Positions 14,601 through 29,900 of a stretch of 64,000 bases of DNA are shown here, piece after piece. The translations under genes were made by a program, and so were the position numbers. Position 1 is the first letter of the stretch; every line of letters starts with the position of its first letter. The stretch lies in the NCBI GenBank assembly GCA_964016885.1, contig OZ024741.1, positions 396,304,001 through 396,368,000 of the forward strand, in the 5' to 3' direction. This stretch comes from Eledone cirrhosa. Its lineage: Eukaryota. The notes under the pieces were generated by a model, which was not told where the DNA came from, ran no database searches, and saw nothing but the letters and a program-made list of their open reading frames with translations.

Positions 14601-17289
14601 AAGGGTCAAAGTGCATCAATCAGTCACACCACAAGAGTCAAAGTGCATCAATCAGTCACACCACAAGGGTCAAAGTGCATCAATCAGTCACACCACAAGG
14701 GTCAAAGTGCATCAATCAGTCACACCCCAAGGGTCAAAGTGCATCAATCAGTCACACCACAAGAGTCAAAGTGCATCAATCAGTCACACCACAAGGGTCA
14801 AATTCCTTCAATCAGTCACACCACAAGAGTCAAAGTGCATCAATCAGTCACACCACAAGGGTCAAAGTGCATCTATCAGTCACAGCACAAGGGTCAAAGT
14901 GTTTCAATCAGTCACACCACAAGGGTCAAAGTGCATCAATCAGTCACACCACAAGGGTCAAAGTGTTTCAATCAGTCACACCACAAGGGTCAAAGTGCAT
15001 CAATCAGTCACACAACAAGAGTCAAAGTGCATCAATCAGTCACACCACAAGGGTCAAAGTGCATCAATCAGTCCCACCACAAGGGTCAAAGTGTTTCAAT
15101 CAGTCACACCACAAGGGTCAAAGTGCATCAATCAGTCACACCACAAGGGTCAAAGTGCATCAATCAGTCACACCACAAGGGTCAAAGTGCATCAATCAGT
15201 CACACCACAAGGGTCAAATTCCTTCAATCAGTCACACCACAAGGGTCAAAGTGTTTCAATCAGTCACACCACAAGGGTCAAAGTGCATCAATGAGTCACA
15301 CCACTAGGGTCAAAGTGCATCAATCAGTCACACCACAAGGGTCAAATTCCTTCAATCAGTCACACCACATGGGTCAAAGTGTTTCAATCAGTCACACCAC
15401 AAGGGTCAAAGTGCATCAATCAGTCACACCACAAGAGTTAAAGTGCAACAATCAGTCACACCACAAGGGTCAAAATGCATCAATCAGTCACACCACAAGG
15501 GTCAAAGTGCATCAATCAGTCACACCACAAGGGTCAAAGTGCATCAATCAGCCACACCACAAGGGTCAAAGTGCATCAATCAGTCACACCACAAGAGTCA
15601 AAGTGCATCAATCAGTGACACCACAAGGGTCAAAGTGCTTCAATCAGTCACACCACAAGAGTCAAAGTGCATCAATGAGTCACACCACAAGGGTCAAAGT
15701 GCATCTATCAGTCACACCACAAAATTCAAAGTGCTTCAATCAGTCACACCACAAGGGTCAAATTCCTTCAATCAGTCACACCACAAGGGTCAAAGTGCAT
15801 CAATCAGTCACACCACAAGGGTCAAAGTGCATCAATCAGTCACACCACAAGGGTCAAAGTGCATCAATCAGTCACACCACAAGGGTCAAATTCCTTCAAT
15901 CAGTCACACCACAAGAGTCAAAGTGCATCAATCAGTCACACCACAAGAGTCAAAGTGCTTCAATCAGTCACACCACAAGGGTCAAAGTGCATCAATCAGT
16001 CACACCACAAGGGTCAAAGTGCATCAATCAGTCACACCACAAGGGTCAAAGTGCATCAATCAGTCACACCACAAGGGTCAAAGTGCATCAATCAGTCACA
16101 CCACAAGGGTCAAATTGCATCAATCAGTTACACCACAAGGGTCAAAGTGCATTAATCAGTCACACCACAAGGGTCAAATTCCTTCAATCAGTCACACCAC
16201 AAGGGTCAAAGTGCATCAATCAGTCACACCACAAGAGTCAAAGTGCATCAATCAGTCAAACCACAAGGGTCAAAGTGCATCAATCAGCCACACCACAAGG
16301 GTCAAAGTGCATCAATCAGTAACACCACAAGGGTCAAGGTGCATCAATCAGTCACACCACAAGGGTCAAAGTGCATCAATCAGTCACACCACAAGGGTCA
16401 AAGTGCATCAATCAGTCACACCACAAGGGTCAAAGTGCATCAATCAGTCACACCACAAGGGTCAAAGTGCATCAATCAGTCACACCACAAGAGTCAAAGT
16501 GCATCAATCAGTCACACCACAAGGGTCAAATTCTTTCAATCAGTCACACCACAAGGGTCAAAGTGCATCAATCAGTCACACCACACGAGTCAAAGTGCAT
16601 CAATCAGTCACACCACAAGGGTCAAAGTGCATCAATCAGTCACACCACAAGGGTCAAAGTGCATCAATCAGTCACACCACAAGAGTCAAAGTGCATCAAT
16701 CAGCCACACAACAAGGGTCAAAGTGCATCAATCAGTCACACCACAAGGGTCAAAGTGCATCAATCAGTCAGACCACAAGGGTCAAAGTGGATCAATCAGT
16801 CACACCACAAGGTTCAAAGTGCATCAATCAGTCACACCACAAGGGTCAAAGTGCATCAATCAGTCACACCACAAGAGTCAAAGTGCATCAATCAGTCACA
16901 CCACAAGAGTCAAAGGGCACCAATCAGTCACACCACAAGGGTCAAATTCCTTCAATCAGTCACACCACAAGGGTCAAAGTGTATCAATCAGTCACACCTC
17001 AAGAGTCAAAGTGCATCAATCAGTCACACCACAAGGGTCAAAGTGCATCAATCAGACACACCACGAGGGTCAAAGTGCATCAATCAGTCAAACGACAAGG
17101 GTCAAAGTGCATCAATCAGTCACACCACAAGGGTCAAAGTGCATCAATCAGTAACACCACAAGAGTCAAAGAGCATCAATCAGTCACACCACAAGGGTCA
17201 ACGTGCATCAATCAGTCACACCACAAGGGTCAAAGTGCATCAATCAGTCACACCACAAGGGTCAAAGTGCATCAATCAGTCACACCACA

Positions 17290-18380
17290 AGGGTCAAAGT
17301 GCATTAATCAGCCACACCACAAGGGTCAAAGTGCATCAATCATTCACACCACAAGAGTCAAAGTGCATCAATCAACCACACCACAAGAGTCAAAGTGCAT
17401 CAATCAGTTACACCACAAGAGTCAAAGTGCATCAATCAGTCACACCACAAGAGTCAAAGTGCATCAATCAGTCACACCACAAGAGTCAAAGTGCATCAAT
17501 CAGTTACACCACAAGAGTCAAAGTGCATCAATCAGTCACACCACAAGGGTCAAAGTGCATCAATCAGCCACACCACAAGGGTCAAAGTGCATCAATCAGT
17601 CACACCACAAGAGTCAAAGTGCATCAATCAGTCACACCACAAGGGTCAAAGTGCATCAATCAGTTACACCACAAGAGTCAATGTGCATCAATCAGTTACA
17701 CCACAAGAGTCAAAGTGCATCAATCAGACACACCACAAGGGTCAAAGTGCATCAATCAGTTACACCACAAGAGTCAAAGTGCATCAATCAGTTACACCAC
17801 AAGAGTCAAAGTGCATCAATCAGTCACACCACAAGGGTCAAAGTGCATTAATCAGCCACACCACAAGGGTCAAAGTGCATCAATCAGTCACACCACAAGA
17901 GTCAAAGTGCATCAATCAACCACACCACAACAGTCAAAGTGCATCAATCAGTTACACCACAAGAGTCAAAGTGCATCAATCAGTCACACCACAAGAGTCA
18001 AAGTGCATCAATCAGTCACACCACAAGAGTCAAAGTGCATCAATCAGTTACACCACAAGAGTCAAAGTGCATCAATCAGTCACACCACAAGGGTCAAAGT
18101 GCATCAATCAGCCACACCACAAGGGTCAAAGTGCATCAATCAGTCACACCACAAGAGTCAAAGTGCATCAATCAGTCACACCACAAGGGTCAAAGTGCAT
18201 CAATCAGTTACACCACAGGAGTCAATGTGCATCAATCAGTTACACCACAAGAGTCAAAGTGCATCAATCAGACACACCACAAGGGTCAAAGTGCATCAAT
18301 CAGTTACACCACAAGAGTCAAAGTGCATCAATCAGTTACACCACAAGAGTCAAAGTGCATCAATCAGTCACACCACAAGA
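17290..18380. repeat. Local 544-bp (17-monomer) duplication
   Basis: GCATTAATCAGCC occurs at 17301 and 17845, and CAACCAC, CAATGTG and CAGACAC follow in the same order. ORF starts 17395/17939. Confidence 0.85.
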
Positions 18381-19399
18381 GTCAAAGTGCATCAATCAGT
18401 CACACCACAAGGGTCAAAGTGCATCAATCAGTCACACCACAAGGGTCAAAGTGCATCAATCAGTCACACCACAAGAGTCAAAGTGCATCAATCAGTCACA
18501 CCACAAGGGTCAAAGTCCATCAATCAGTCACACCACAAGGGTCAAAGTGCATCAATCAGTCACACCACAAGGGTCAAAGTGCATCAAACAGTCACACCAC
18601 AAGAGTCAAAGTGCATCAATCAGTCACACCACAAGGGTCAAATTCTTTCAATCAGTCACACCACAAGAGTCAAAGTGCATCAATCAGTCACACCACAAGG
18701 GTCAAAGTGCATCAATCAGTCACACCACAAGGGTCAAAGTGTTTCAATCAGTCACACCACAAGGGTCAAAGTGCATCAATCAGTCACACCACAAGTGTCA
18801 AAGTGTTTCAAACAGTCACACCACAAGGGTCAAATTGCATCAATCAGTCACACCACAAGGGTCAAAGTGCATCAATCAGTCACACCACAAGGGTCAAATT
18901 CCTTCAATCAGTCACACCACAAGTGTCAAAGTGTTTCAATCAGTCACACCACAAGGGTCAAAGTGCATCAATCAGTCACACCACTAGGGTCAAAGTGCAT
19001 CAATCAGTCACACCACAAGGGTAAAAGTGTTTCAATCAGTCACACCACAAGGGTCAAAGTGTTTAAATCAGTCACACCACAAGGGTCAAAGTGTTTCAAT
19101 CAGTCACACAACAAGGGTCAAAGTGCATCAATCAGTCACACCACAAGGGTCAAATTCCTTCAATCAGTTACACCACAAGGGTCAAAGTGTTTCAATCAGT
19201 CACACCACAAGGGTCAAATTTCTTCAATCAGTCACACCACAAGGGTCAAAGTGCATCAATCAGCACACCACAAGGGTCAAATTCCTTCAATCAGTCACAC
19301 CACAAGGGTCAAAGTGCATCAATCAGTCACACCACAAGAGTCAAAGTGCTTCAATCAGTCACACCACAAGGGTCAAATTCCTTCAATCAGTCACACCAC

Positions 19400-20940
19400 A
19401 AGGGTCAAAGTGCATCAATCAGTCTCACCACAAGAGTCAAAGTGCATCAATCAGTCACACCACAAGGGTCAAAGTGCATCAATCAGCCACACCACAAGGG
19501 TCAAAGTGCATCAATCAGTCACACCACAAGAGTCAAAGTGCATCAATCAGTCACACCACAAGAGTCAAAGTGCTTCAATCAGTCACACCACAAGGGTCAA
19601 ATTCCTTCAATCAGTCACACCACAAGGGTCAAAGTGCATCAATCAGTCACACCACAAGGGTCAAAGTGCATCAATCAGTCACACCACAAGAGTCAAAGTG
19701 CATCAATCAGTCACACCACAAGGGTCAAAGTGCATCAATCAGTCACACCACAAGGGTCAAAGTGCATCAATCAGTCACACCACAAGGGTCAAAGTGCATC
19801 AATCAGTCACACCACAAGAGTCAAAGTGCATCAATCAGTCACACCACAAGGGTCAAATTCCTTCAATCAGTCACACCACAAGAGTCAAAGTGCATCAATC
19901 AGTCACACCACAAGGGTCAAAGTGCATCAATCAGTCACAGCACAAGGGTCAAAGTGTTTCAATCAGTCACAGCACAAGGGTCAAAGTGCATCAATCAGTC
20001 ACACCACAAGGGTCAAAGTGTTTCAATCAGTCACACCACAAGGGTCAAAGTGCATCAATCAGTCACACCACAAGAGTCAAAGTGCATCAATCAGTCACAC
20101 CACAAGGGTCAAAGTGCATCAATCAGTCCCACCACAAGGGTCAAAGTGTTTCAATCAGTCACACCACAAGGGTCAAAGTGCATCAATCAGTCTCACCACA
20201 AGAGTCAAAGTGCATCAATCAGTCACACCACAAGGGTCAAAGTGCATCAATCAGCCACACCACAAGGGCCAAAGTGCATCAATCAGTCACACCACAAGAA
20301 TCAAAGTGCATCAATCAGTCACACCACAAGAGTCAAAGTGCTTCAATCAGTCACACCACAAGGGTCAAATTCCTTCAATCAGTCACACCACAAGGGTCAA
20401 AGTGCATCAATCAGTCACACCACAAGGGTCAAAGTGCATCAATCAGTCACACCACAAGAGAAAAAGTGCATCAATCAGTCACACCACAAGGGTCAAAGTG
20501 CATCAATCAGTCACACCACAAGGGTCAAAGTGCATCAATCAGTCACACCACAAGGGTCAAAATGCATCAATCAGTCACACCACAAGAGTCAAAGTGCATC
20601 AATCAGTCACACCACAAGGGTCAAATTCCTTCAATCAGTCACACCACAAGAGTCAAAGTGCATCAATCAGTCACACCACAAGGGTCAAAGTGCATCAATC
20701 AGTCACAGCACAAGGGTCAAAGTGTTTCAATCAGTCACACCACAAGGGTCAAAGTGCATCAATCAGTCACACCACAAGGGTCAAAGTGTTTCAATCAGTC
20801 ACACCACAAGGGTCAAAGTGCATCAATCAGTCACACCACAAGAGTCAAAGTGCATCAATCAGTCACACCACAAGGGTCAAAGTGCATCAATCAGTCCCAC
20901 CACAAGGGTCAAAGTGTTTCAATCAGTCACACCACAAGGG
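19400..20940. repeat. Local 768-bp (24-monomer) duplication
   Basis: The TCTC of GTCTCACC is at 19423 and 20191. CAGTCCC is at 20124 and 20892. ACAGCAC+GTTTC occurs at the same offset. Confidence 0.85.
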
Positions 20941-20999
20941 TCAAAGTGCATCAATCAGTCACACCACAAGGGTCAAAGTGCATCAATCAGTCACACCAC

Positions 21000-23900
21000 A
21001 AGGGTCAAAGTGCATCAATCAGTCACACCACAAGGGTCAAATTCCTTCAATCAGTCACACCACATGGGTCAAAGTGTTTCAATCAGTCACACCACAAGGG
21101 TCAAAGTGCATCAATCAGTCACACCACAAGAGTTAAAGTGCAACAATCAGTCACACCACAAGGGTCAAAATGCATCAATCAGTCACACCACAAGGGTCAA
21201 AGTGCATCAATCAGTCACACCACAAGGGTCAAAGTGCATCAATCAGCCACACCACAAGGGTAAAAGTGCATCAAGCAGTCACACCACAAGGGTCAAAGTG
21301 CATCAATCAGCCACAGCACAAGGGTCAAAGTGCATCAATCAGTCACACCACAAGAATCAAAGTGCATCAATCAGTGACACCACAAGGGTCAAAGTGCTTC
21401 AATCAGTCACACCACAAGAGTCAAAGTGCATCAATGAGTCACACCACAAGGGTCAAAGTGCATCAATCAGTCACACCACAAGAGTCAAAGTGCTTCAATC
21501 AGTCACACCATAAGGGTCAAATTCCTTCAATCAGTCACACCACAAGGGTCAAAGTGCATCAATCAGTCACACCACAAGGGTCAAAGTGCATCAATCAGTC
21601 ACACCACAAGGGTCAAAGTACATCAATCAGTCACACCACAAGGGTCAAATTCCTTCAATCAGTCACACCACAAGAGTCAAAGTGCATCAATCAGTCACAC
21701 CACAAGAGTCAAAGTGCTTCAATCAGTCACACCACAAGGGTCAAATTCCTTCAATCAGTCACACCACAAGGGTCAAAGTGCATCAATCAGTCACACCACA
21801 AGGGTCAAAGTGCATCAATCAGTCACACCACAAGGGTCAAAGTGCATCAATCAGTCACACCACAAGGGTCAAATTGCATCAATCAGTTACACCACAAGGG
21901 TCAAAGTGCATTAATCAGTCACACCACAAGGGTCAAATTCCTTCAATCAGTCACACCACAAGGGTCAAAGTGCATCAATCAGTCACACCACAAGAGTCAA
22001 AGTGCATCAATCAGTCAAACCACAAGGGTCAAAGTGCATCAATCAGCCACACCACAAGGGTCAAAGTGCATCAATCAGTAACACCACAAGGGTCAAGGTG
22101 CATCAATCAGTCACACCACAAGGGTCAAAGTGCATCAATCAGTCACACCACAAGGGTCAAAGTGCATCAATCAGTCACACCACAAGGGTCAAAGTGCATC
22201 AATCAGTCACACCACAAGGGTCAAAGTGCATCAATCAGTCACACCACAAGAGTCAAAGTGCATCAATCAGTCACACCACAAGGGTCAAATTCCTTCAATC
22301 AGTCACACCACAAGGGTCAAAGTGCATCAATCAGTCACACCACAAGGTTCAAAGTGCATCAATCAGTCACACCACAAGGGTCAAAGTGCATCAATCAGTC
22401 ACACCACAAGAGTCAAAGTGCATCAATCAGTGACACCACAAGAGTCAAAGGGCACCAATCAGTCACACCACAAGGGTCAAATTCCTTCAATCAGTCACAC
22501 CACAAGAGTCAAAATGTATCAATCAGTCACACCTCAAGAGTCAAAGTGCATCAATCAGTCACACCACAAGGGTCAAAGTGCATCAATCAGACACACCACG
22601 AGGGTCAAAGTGCATCAATCAGTCACACGACAAGGGTCAAAGTGCATCAATCAGTAACACCACAAGAGTCAAAGAGCATCAATCAGTCACACCACAAGGG
22701 TCAACGTGCATCAATCAGTCACACCACAAGGGTCAAAGTGCATCAATCAGTCACACCACAAGGGTCAAAGTGCATCAATCAGTCACACCACAAGGGTCAA
22801 AGTGCATTAATCAGCCACACCACAAGGGTCAAAGTGCATCAATCAGTCACACCACAAGAGTCAAAGTGCATCAATCAACCACACCACAAGAGTCAAAGTG
22901 CATCAATCAGTTACACCACAAGAGTCAAAGTGCATCAATCAGTCACACCACAAGAGTCAAAGTACATCAATCAGTCACACCACAAGGGTCAAAGTGCATC
23001 AATCAGCCACACCACAAGGGTCAAAGTGCATCAATCAGTCACACCACAAGAGTCAAAGTGCATCAATCAGTCACACCACACGGGTCAAAGTGCATCAATC
23101 AGTTACACCACAAGAGTCAATGTGCATCAATCAGTTACACCACAAGAATCAAAGTGCATCAATCAGACACACCACAAGGGTCAAAGTGCATCAATCAGTT
23201 ACACCACAAGAGTCAAAGTGCATCAATCAGTTACACCACAAGAGTCAAAGTGCATCAATCAGTCACACCACAAGAGTCAAAGTGCATCAATCAGTCACAC
23301 CACAAGGGTCAAAGTGCATCAATCAGTCACACCACAAGGGTCAAAGTGCATCAATCAGTCACACCACAAGAGTCAAAGTGCATCAATCAGTCACACCACA
23401 AGGGTCAAAGTCCATCAATCAGTCACACCACAAGGGTCAAAGTGCATCAATCAGTCACACCACAAGGGTCAAAGTGCATCAAACAGTCACACCACAAGAG
23501 TCAAAGTGCATCAATCAGTCACACCACAAGGGTCAAATTCTTTCAATCAGTCACACCACAAGAGTCAAAGTGCATCAATCAGTCACACCACAAGGGTCAA
23601 AGTGCATCAATCAGTCACACCACAAGGGTCAAAGTGTTTCAATCAGTCACACCACAAGGGTCAAAGTGCATCAATCAGTCACACCACAAGTGTCAAAGTG
23701 TTTCAAACAGTCACACCACAAGGGTCAAATTGCATCAATCAGTCACACCACAAGGGTCAAAGTGCATCAATCAGTCACACCACAAGGGTCAAATTCCTTC
23801 AATCAGTCACACCACAAGTGTCAAAGTGTTTCAATCAGTCACACCACAAGGGTCAAAGTGCATCAATCAGTCACACCACTAGGGTCAAAGTGCATCAATC

Positions 23901-26900
23901 AGTCACACCACAAGGGTAAAAGTGTTTCAATCAGTCACACCACAAGGGTCAAAGTGTTTCAATCAGTCACACCACAAGGGTCAAAGTGTTTCAATCAGTC
24001 ACACAACAAGGGTCAAAGTGCATCAATCAGTCACACCACAAGGGTCAAATTCCTTCAATCAGTCACACCACAAGGGTCAAAGTGCATCTATCAGTCACAC
24101 TACAAGGGTCAAAGTGCATCAATCAGTCACACCACAAGGGTCAAAGTGCTTCAATCAGTCACACCACAAGGGTCAAATTCCTTCAATCAGTTACACCACA
24201 AGGGTCAAAGTGTTTCAATCAGTCACACCACAAGGGTCAAATTCCTTCAATCAGTCACACCACAAGGGTCAAAGTGCATCAATCAGTCACACCACAAGGG
24301 TCAAATTCCTTCAATCAGTCACACCACAAGGGTCAAAGTGCATCAATCAGTCACACCACAAGAGTCAAATTGCTTCAATCAGTCACACCACAAGGGTCAA
24401 ATTCCTTCAATCAGTCACACCACAAGGGTCAAAGTGCATCAATCAGTCACACCACAAGAGTCAAAGTGCATCAATCAGTCACACCACAAGGGTCAAAGTC
24501 CATCAATCAGCCACACCACAAGGGTCAAAGTGCATCAATCAGTCACACCACAAGAGTCAAAGTGCATCAATCAGTCACACCACAAGAGTCAAAGTGCTTC
24601 AATCAGTCACACCACAAGGGTCAAATTCCTTCAATCAGTCACACCACAAGGGTCAAAGTGCATCAATCAGTCACACCACAAGGGTCAAAGTGCATCAATC
24701 AGTCACACCAAAAGGGTCAAAGTGCATCAATCAGTCACACCACAAGGGTCAAAGTGCATCAATCAGTCACACCACAAGAGTCAAAGTGCATCAATCAGTC
24801 ACACCACAAGGGTCAAAGTGCATCAATCAGTCACACCACAAGGGTCAAAGTGCATCAATCAGTCACACCACAAGGGTCAAAGTGCATCAATCAGTCACAC
24901 CACAAGAGTCAAAGTGCATCAATCAGTCACACCACAAGGGTCAAATTCCTTCAATCAGTCACACCACAAGAGTCAAAGTGCATCAATCAGTCACACCACA
25001 AGGGTCAAAGTGCATCAATCAGTTACACCACAAGGGTCAAAGTGCATCAATCAGTCACACCACAAGGGTCAAAGTGCATCAATCAGTCACACCACAAGAG
25101 TCAAAGTGCATCAATCAGTCACACCACAAGAGTCAAGGGGCACCAATCAGTCACACCACAAGGGTCAAATTCCTACAATCAGTCACACCACAAGGGTCAA
25201 AGTGCATCAATCAGTCACACCTCAAGAGTCAAAGTGCATCAATCAGTCACACCACAAGGGTCAAAGTGCATCAATCAGTCACACCACGAGGGTCAAAGTG
25301 CATCAATCAGTCACACCACAAGGGTCAAAGTGCATCAATCAGTCACACCACAAGGGTCAAAGTGCATCAATCAGTCACACCACAAGGGTCAAAGTGCATC
25401 AATCAGTCACACCACAAGAGTCAAAGTGCATCAATCAGTCACACCACAAGGGTCAATTTCCTTCAATCAGTCACACCACAAGAGTCAAAGTGCATCAATC
25501 AGTCACACCACAAGGGTCAAAGTGCATCAATCAGTCACACCACAAGGGTCAAAGTGCATCAATCATTCACACCACAAGGGTCAAAGTGCATCAATCAGTC
25601 ACACCACAAGGGTCAAAGTGCATCAATCAGTCACACCACAAGGGTCAAACTCCTTCAATCAGTCACACCACAAGGGTCAAAGTGCATCAATCAGTCACAC
25701 CACAAGAGTCAAAGTGCATCAATCAGTCACACCACAAGGGTCAAAGTGCATCAATCAGTTACACCACAAGAGTCAATGTGCATCAATCAGTTACACCACA
25801 AGAGTCAAAGTGCATCAATCAGACACACCACAAGGGTCAAAGTGCATCAATCAGTTACACCACAAGAGTCAAAGTGCATCAATCAGTTACACCACAAGAG
25901 TCAAAGTGCATCAATCAGTCACACCACAAGAGTCAAAGTGCATCAATCAGTCACACCACAAGGGTCAAAGTGCATCAATCAGTCACACCACAAGGGTCAA
26001 AGTGCATCAATCAGTCACACCACAAGAGTCAAAGTGCATCAATCAGTCACACCACAAGGGTCAAAGTCCATCAATCAGTCACACCACAAGGGTCAAAGTG
26101 CATCAATCAGTCACACCACAAGGGTCAAAGTGCATCAAACAGTCACACCACAAGAGTCAAAGTGCATCAATCAGTCACACCACAAGGGTCAAATTCTTTC
26201 AATCAGTCACACCACAAGAGTCAAAGTGCATCAATCAGTCACACCACAAGGGTCAAAGTGCATCAATCAGTCACACCACAAGGGTCAAAGTGTTTCAATC
26301 AGTCACACCACAAGGGTCAAAGTGCATCAATCAGTCACACCACAAGTGTCAAAGTGTTTCAAACAGTCACACCACAAGGGTCAAATTGCATCAATCAGTC
26401 ACACCACAAGGGTCAAAGTGCATCAATCAGTCACACCACAAGGGTCAAATTCCTTCAATCAGTCACACCACAAGTGTCAAAGTGTTTCAATCAGTCACAC
26501 CACAAGGGTCAAAGTGCATCAATCAGTCACACCACTAGGGTCAAAGTGCATCAATCAGTCACACCACAAGGGTCAAAGTGCATCAATCAGTCACACGACA
26601 AGGGTCAAAGTGCATCAATCAGTCACACCACAAGGGTCAAAGTGCATCAATCAGTCACACCACAAGGGTCAAAGTGCATCAATCAGTCACACCACAAGGG
26701 TCAAAGTGCATCAATCAGTCACACCACAAGAGTCAAAGTGCATCAATCAGTCACACCACAAGGGTCAAATTCCTTCAATCAGTCACACCACAAGGGTCAA
26801 AGTGCATCAATCAGTCACACCACAAGAGTCAAAGTGCATCAATCAGTCACACCACAAGGGTCAAAGTGCATCAATCAGTCACACCACGAGGGTCAAAGTG

Positions 26901-29900
26901 CATCAATCAGTCACACGACAAGGGTCAAAGTGCATCAATCAGTCACACCACAAGGGTCAAAGTGCATCAATCAGTCACACCACAAGGGTCAAAGTGCATC
27001 AATCAGTCACACCACAAGGGTCAAAGTGCATCAATCAGTCACACCACAAGGGTCAAATTCCTTCAATCAGTCACACCACATGGGTCAAAGTGTTTCAATC
27101 AGTCACACCACAAGGGTCAAAGTGCATCAATCAGTCACACCACAAGAGTTAAAGTGCAACAATCAGTCACACCACAAGGGTCAAAATGCATCAATCAGTC
27201 ACACCACAAGGGTCAAAGTGCATCAATCAGTCACACCACAAGGGTCAAAGTGCATCAATCAGCCACACCACAAGGGTCAAAGTGCATCAATCAGTCACAC
27301 CACAAGGGTCAAAGTGCATCAATCAGCCACAGCACAAGGGTCAAAGTGCATCAATCAGTCACACCACAAGAATCAAAGTGCATCAATCAGTGACACCACA
27401 AGGGTCAAAGTGCTTCAATCAGTCACACCACAAGAGTCAAAGTGCATCAATGAGTCACACCACAAGGGTCAAAGTGCATCAATCAGTCACACCACAAGAG
27501 TCAAAGTGCTCCAATCAGTCACACCATAAGGGTCAAATTCCTTCAATCAGTCACACCACAAGGGTCAAAGTGCATCAATCAGTCACACCACAAGGGTCAA
27601 AGTGCATCAATCAGTCACACCACAAGGGTCAAAGTGCATCAATCAGCCACACCACAAGGGTCAAAGTGCATCAATCAGTAACACCACAAGGGTCAAGGTG
27701 CATCAATCAGTCACACCACAAGGGTCAAAGTGCATCAATCAGTCACACCACAAGGGTCAAAGTGCATCAATCAGTCACACCACAAGGGTCAAAGTGCATC
27801 AATCAGTCACACCACAAGGGTCAAAGTGCATCAATCAGTCACACCACAAGAGTCAAAGTGCATCAATCAGTCACACCACAAGGGTCAAATTCCTTCAATC
27901 AGTCACACCACAAGGGTCAAAGTGCATCAATCAGTCACACCACACGAGTCAAAGTGCATCAATCAGTCACACCACAAGGGTCAAAGTGCATCAATCAGTC
28001 ACACCACAAGGGTCAAAGTGCATCAATCAGTCACACCACAAGAGTCAAAGTGCATCAATCAGCCACACCACAAGGGTCAAAGTGCATCAATCAGTCACAC
28101 CACAAGGGTCAAAGTGCATCAATCAGTCAGACCACAAGGGTCAAAGTGGATCAATCAGTCACACCACAAGGTTCAAAGTGCATCAATCAGTCACACCACA
28201 AGGGTCAAAGTGCATCAATCAGTCACACCACAAGAGTCAAAGTGCATCAATCAGTGACACCACAAGAGTCAAAGGGCACCAATCAGTCACACCACAAGGG
28301 TCAAATTCCTTCAATCAGTCACACCACAAGAGTCAAAATGTATCAATCAGTCACACCTCAAGAGTCAAAGTGCATCAATCAGTCACACCACAAGGGTCAA
28401 AGTGCATCAATCAGACACACCACGAGGGTCAAAGTGCATCAATCAGTCACACGACAAGGGTCAAAGTGCATCAATCAGTAACACCACAAGAGTCAAAGAG
28501 CATCAATCAGTCACACCACAAGGGTCAACGTGCATCAATCAGTCACACCACAAGGGTCAAAGTGCATCAATCAGTCACACCACAAGGGTCAAAGTGCATC
28601 AATCAGTCACACCACAAGGGTCAAAGTGCATTAATCAGCCACACCACAAGGGTCAAAGTGCATCAATCAGTCACACCACAAGAGTCAAAGTGCATCAATC
28701 AACCACACCACAAGAGTCAAAGTGCATCAATCAGTTACACCACAAGAGTCAAAGTGCATCAATCAGTCACACCACAAGAGTCAAAGTACATCAATCAGTC
28801 ACACCACAAGGGTCAAAGTGCATCAATCAGCCACACCACAAGGGTCAAAGTGCATCAATCAGTCACACCACAAGAGTCAAAGTGCATCAATCAGTCACAC
28901 CACACGGGTCAAAGTGCATCAATCAGTTACACCACAAGAGTCAATGTGCATCAATCAGTTACACCACAAGAGTCAAAGTGCATCAATCAGACACACCACA
29001 AGGGTCAAAGTGCATCAATCAGTTACACCACAAGAGTCAAAGTGCATCAATCAGTTACACCACAAGAGTCAAAGTGCATCAATCAGTCACACCACAAGAG
29101 TCAAAGTGCATCAATCAGTCACACCACAAGGGTCAAAGTGCATCAATCAGTCACACCACAAGGGTCAAAGTGCATCAATCAGTCACACCACAAGAGTCAA
29201 AGTGCATCAATCAGTCACACCACAAGGGTCAAAGTCCATCAATCAGTCACACCACAAGGGTCAAAGTGCATCAATCAGTCACACCACAAGGGTCAAAGTG
29301 CATCAAACAGTCACACCACAAGAGTCAAAGTGCATCAATCAGTCACACCACAAGGGTCAAATTCTTTCAATCAGTCACACCACAAGAGTCAAAGTGCATC
29401 AATCAGTCACACCACAAGGGTCAAAGTGCATCAATCAGTCACACCACAAGGGTCAAAGTGTTTCAATCAGTCACACCACAAGGGTCAAAGTGCATCAATC
29501 AGTCACACCACAAGTGTCAAAGTGTTTCAAACAGTCACACCACAAGGGTCAAATTGCATCAATCAGTCACACCACAAGGGTCAAAGTGCATCAATCAGTC
29601 ACACCACAAGGGTCAAATTCCTTCAATCAGTCACACCACAAGTGTCAAAGTGTTTCAATCAGTCACACCACAAGGGTCAAAGTGCATCAATCAGTCACAC
29701 CACTAGGGTCAAAGTGCATCAATCAGTCACACCACAAGGGTAAAAGTGTTTCAATCAGTCACACCACAAGGGTCAAAGTGTTTCAATCAGTCACACCACA
29801 AGGGTCAAAGTGTTTCAATCAGTCACACAACAAGGGTCAAAGTGCATCAATCAGTCACACCACAAGGGTCAAATTCCTTCAATCAGTCACACCACAAGGG

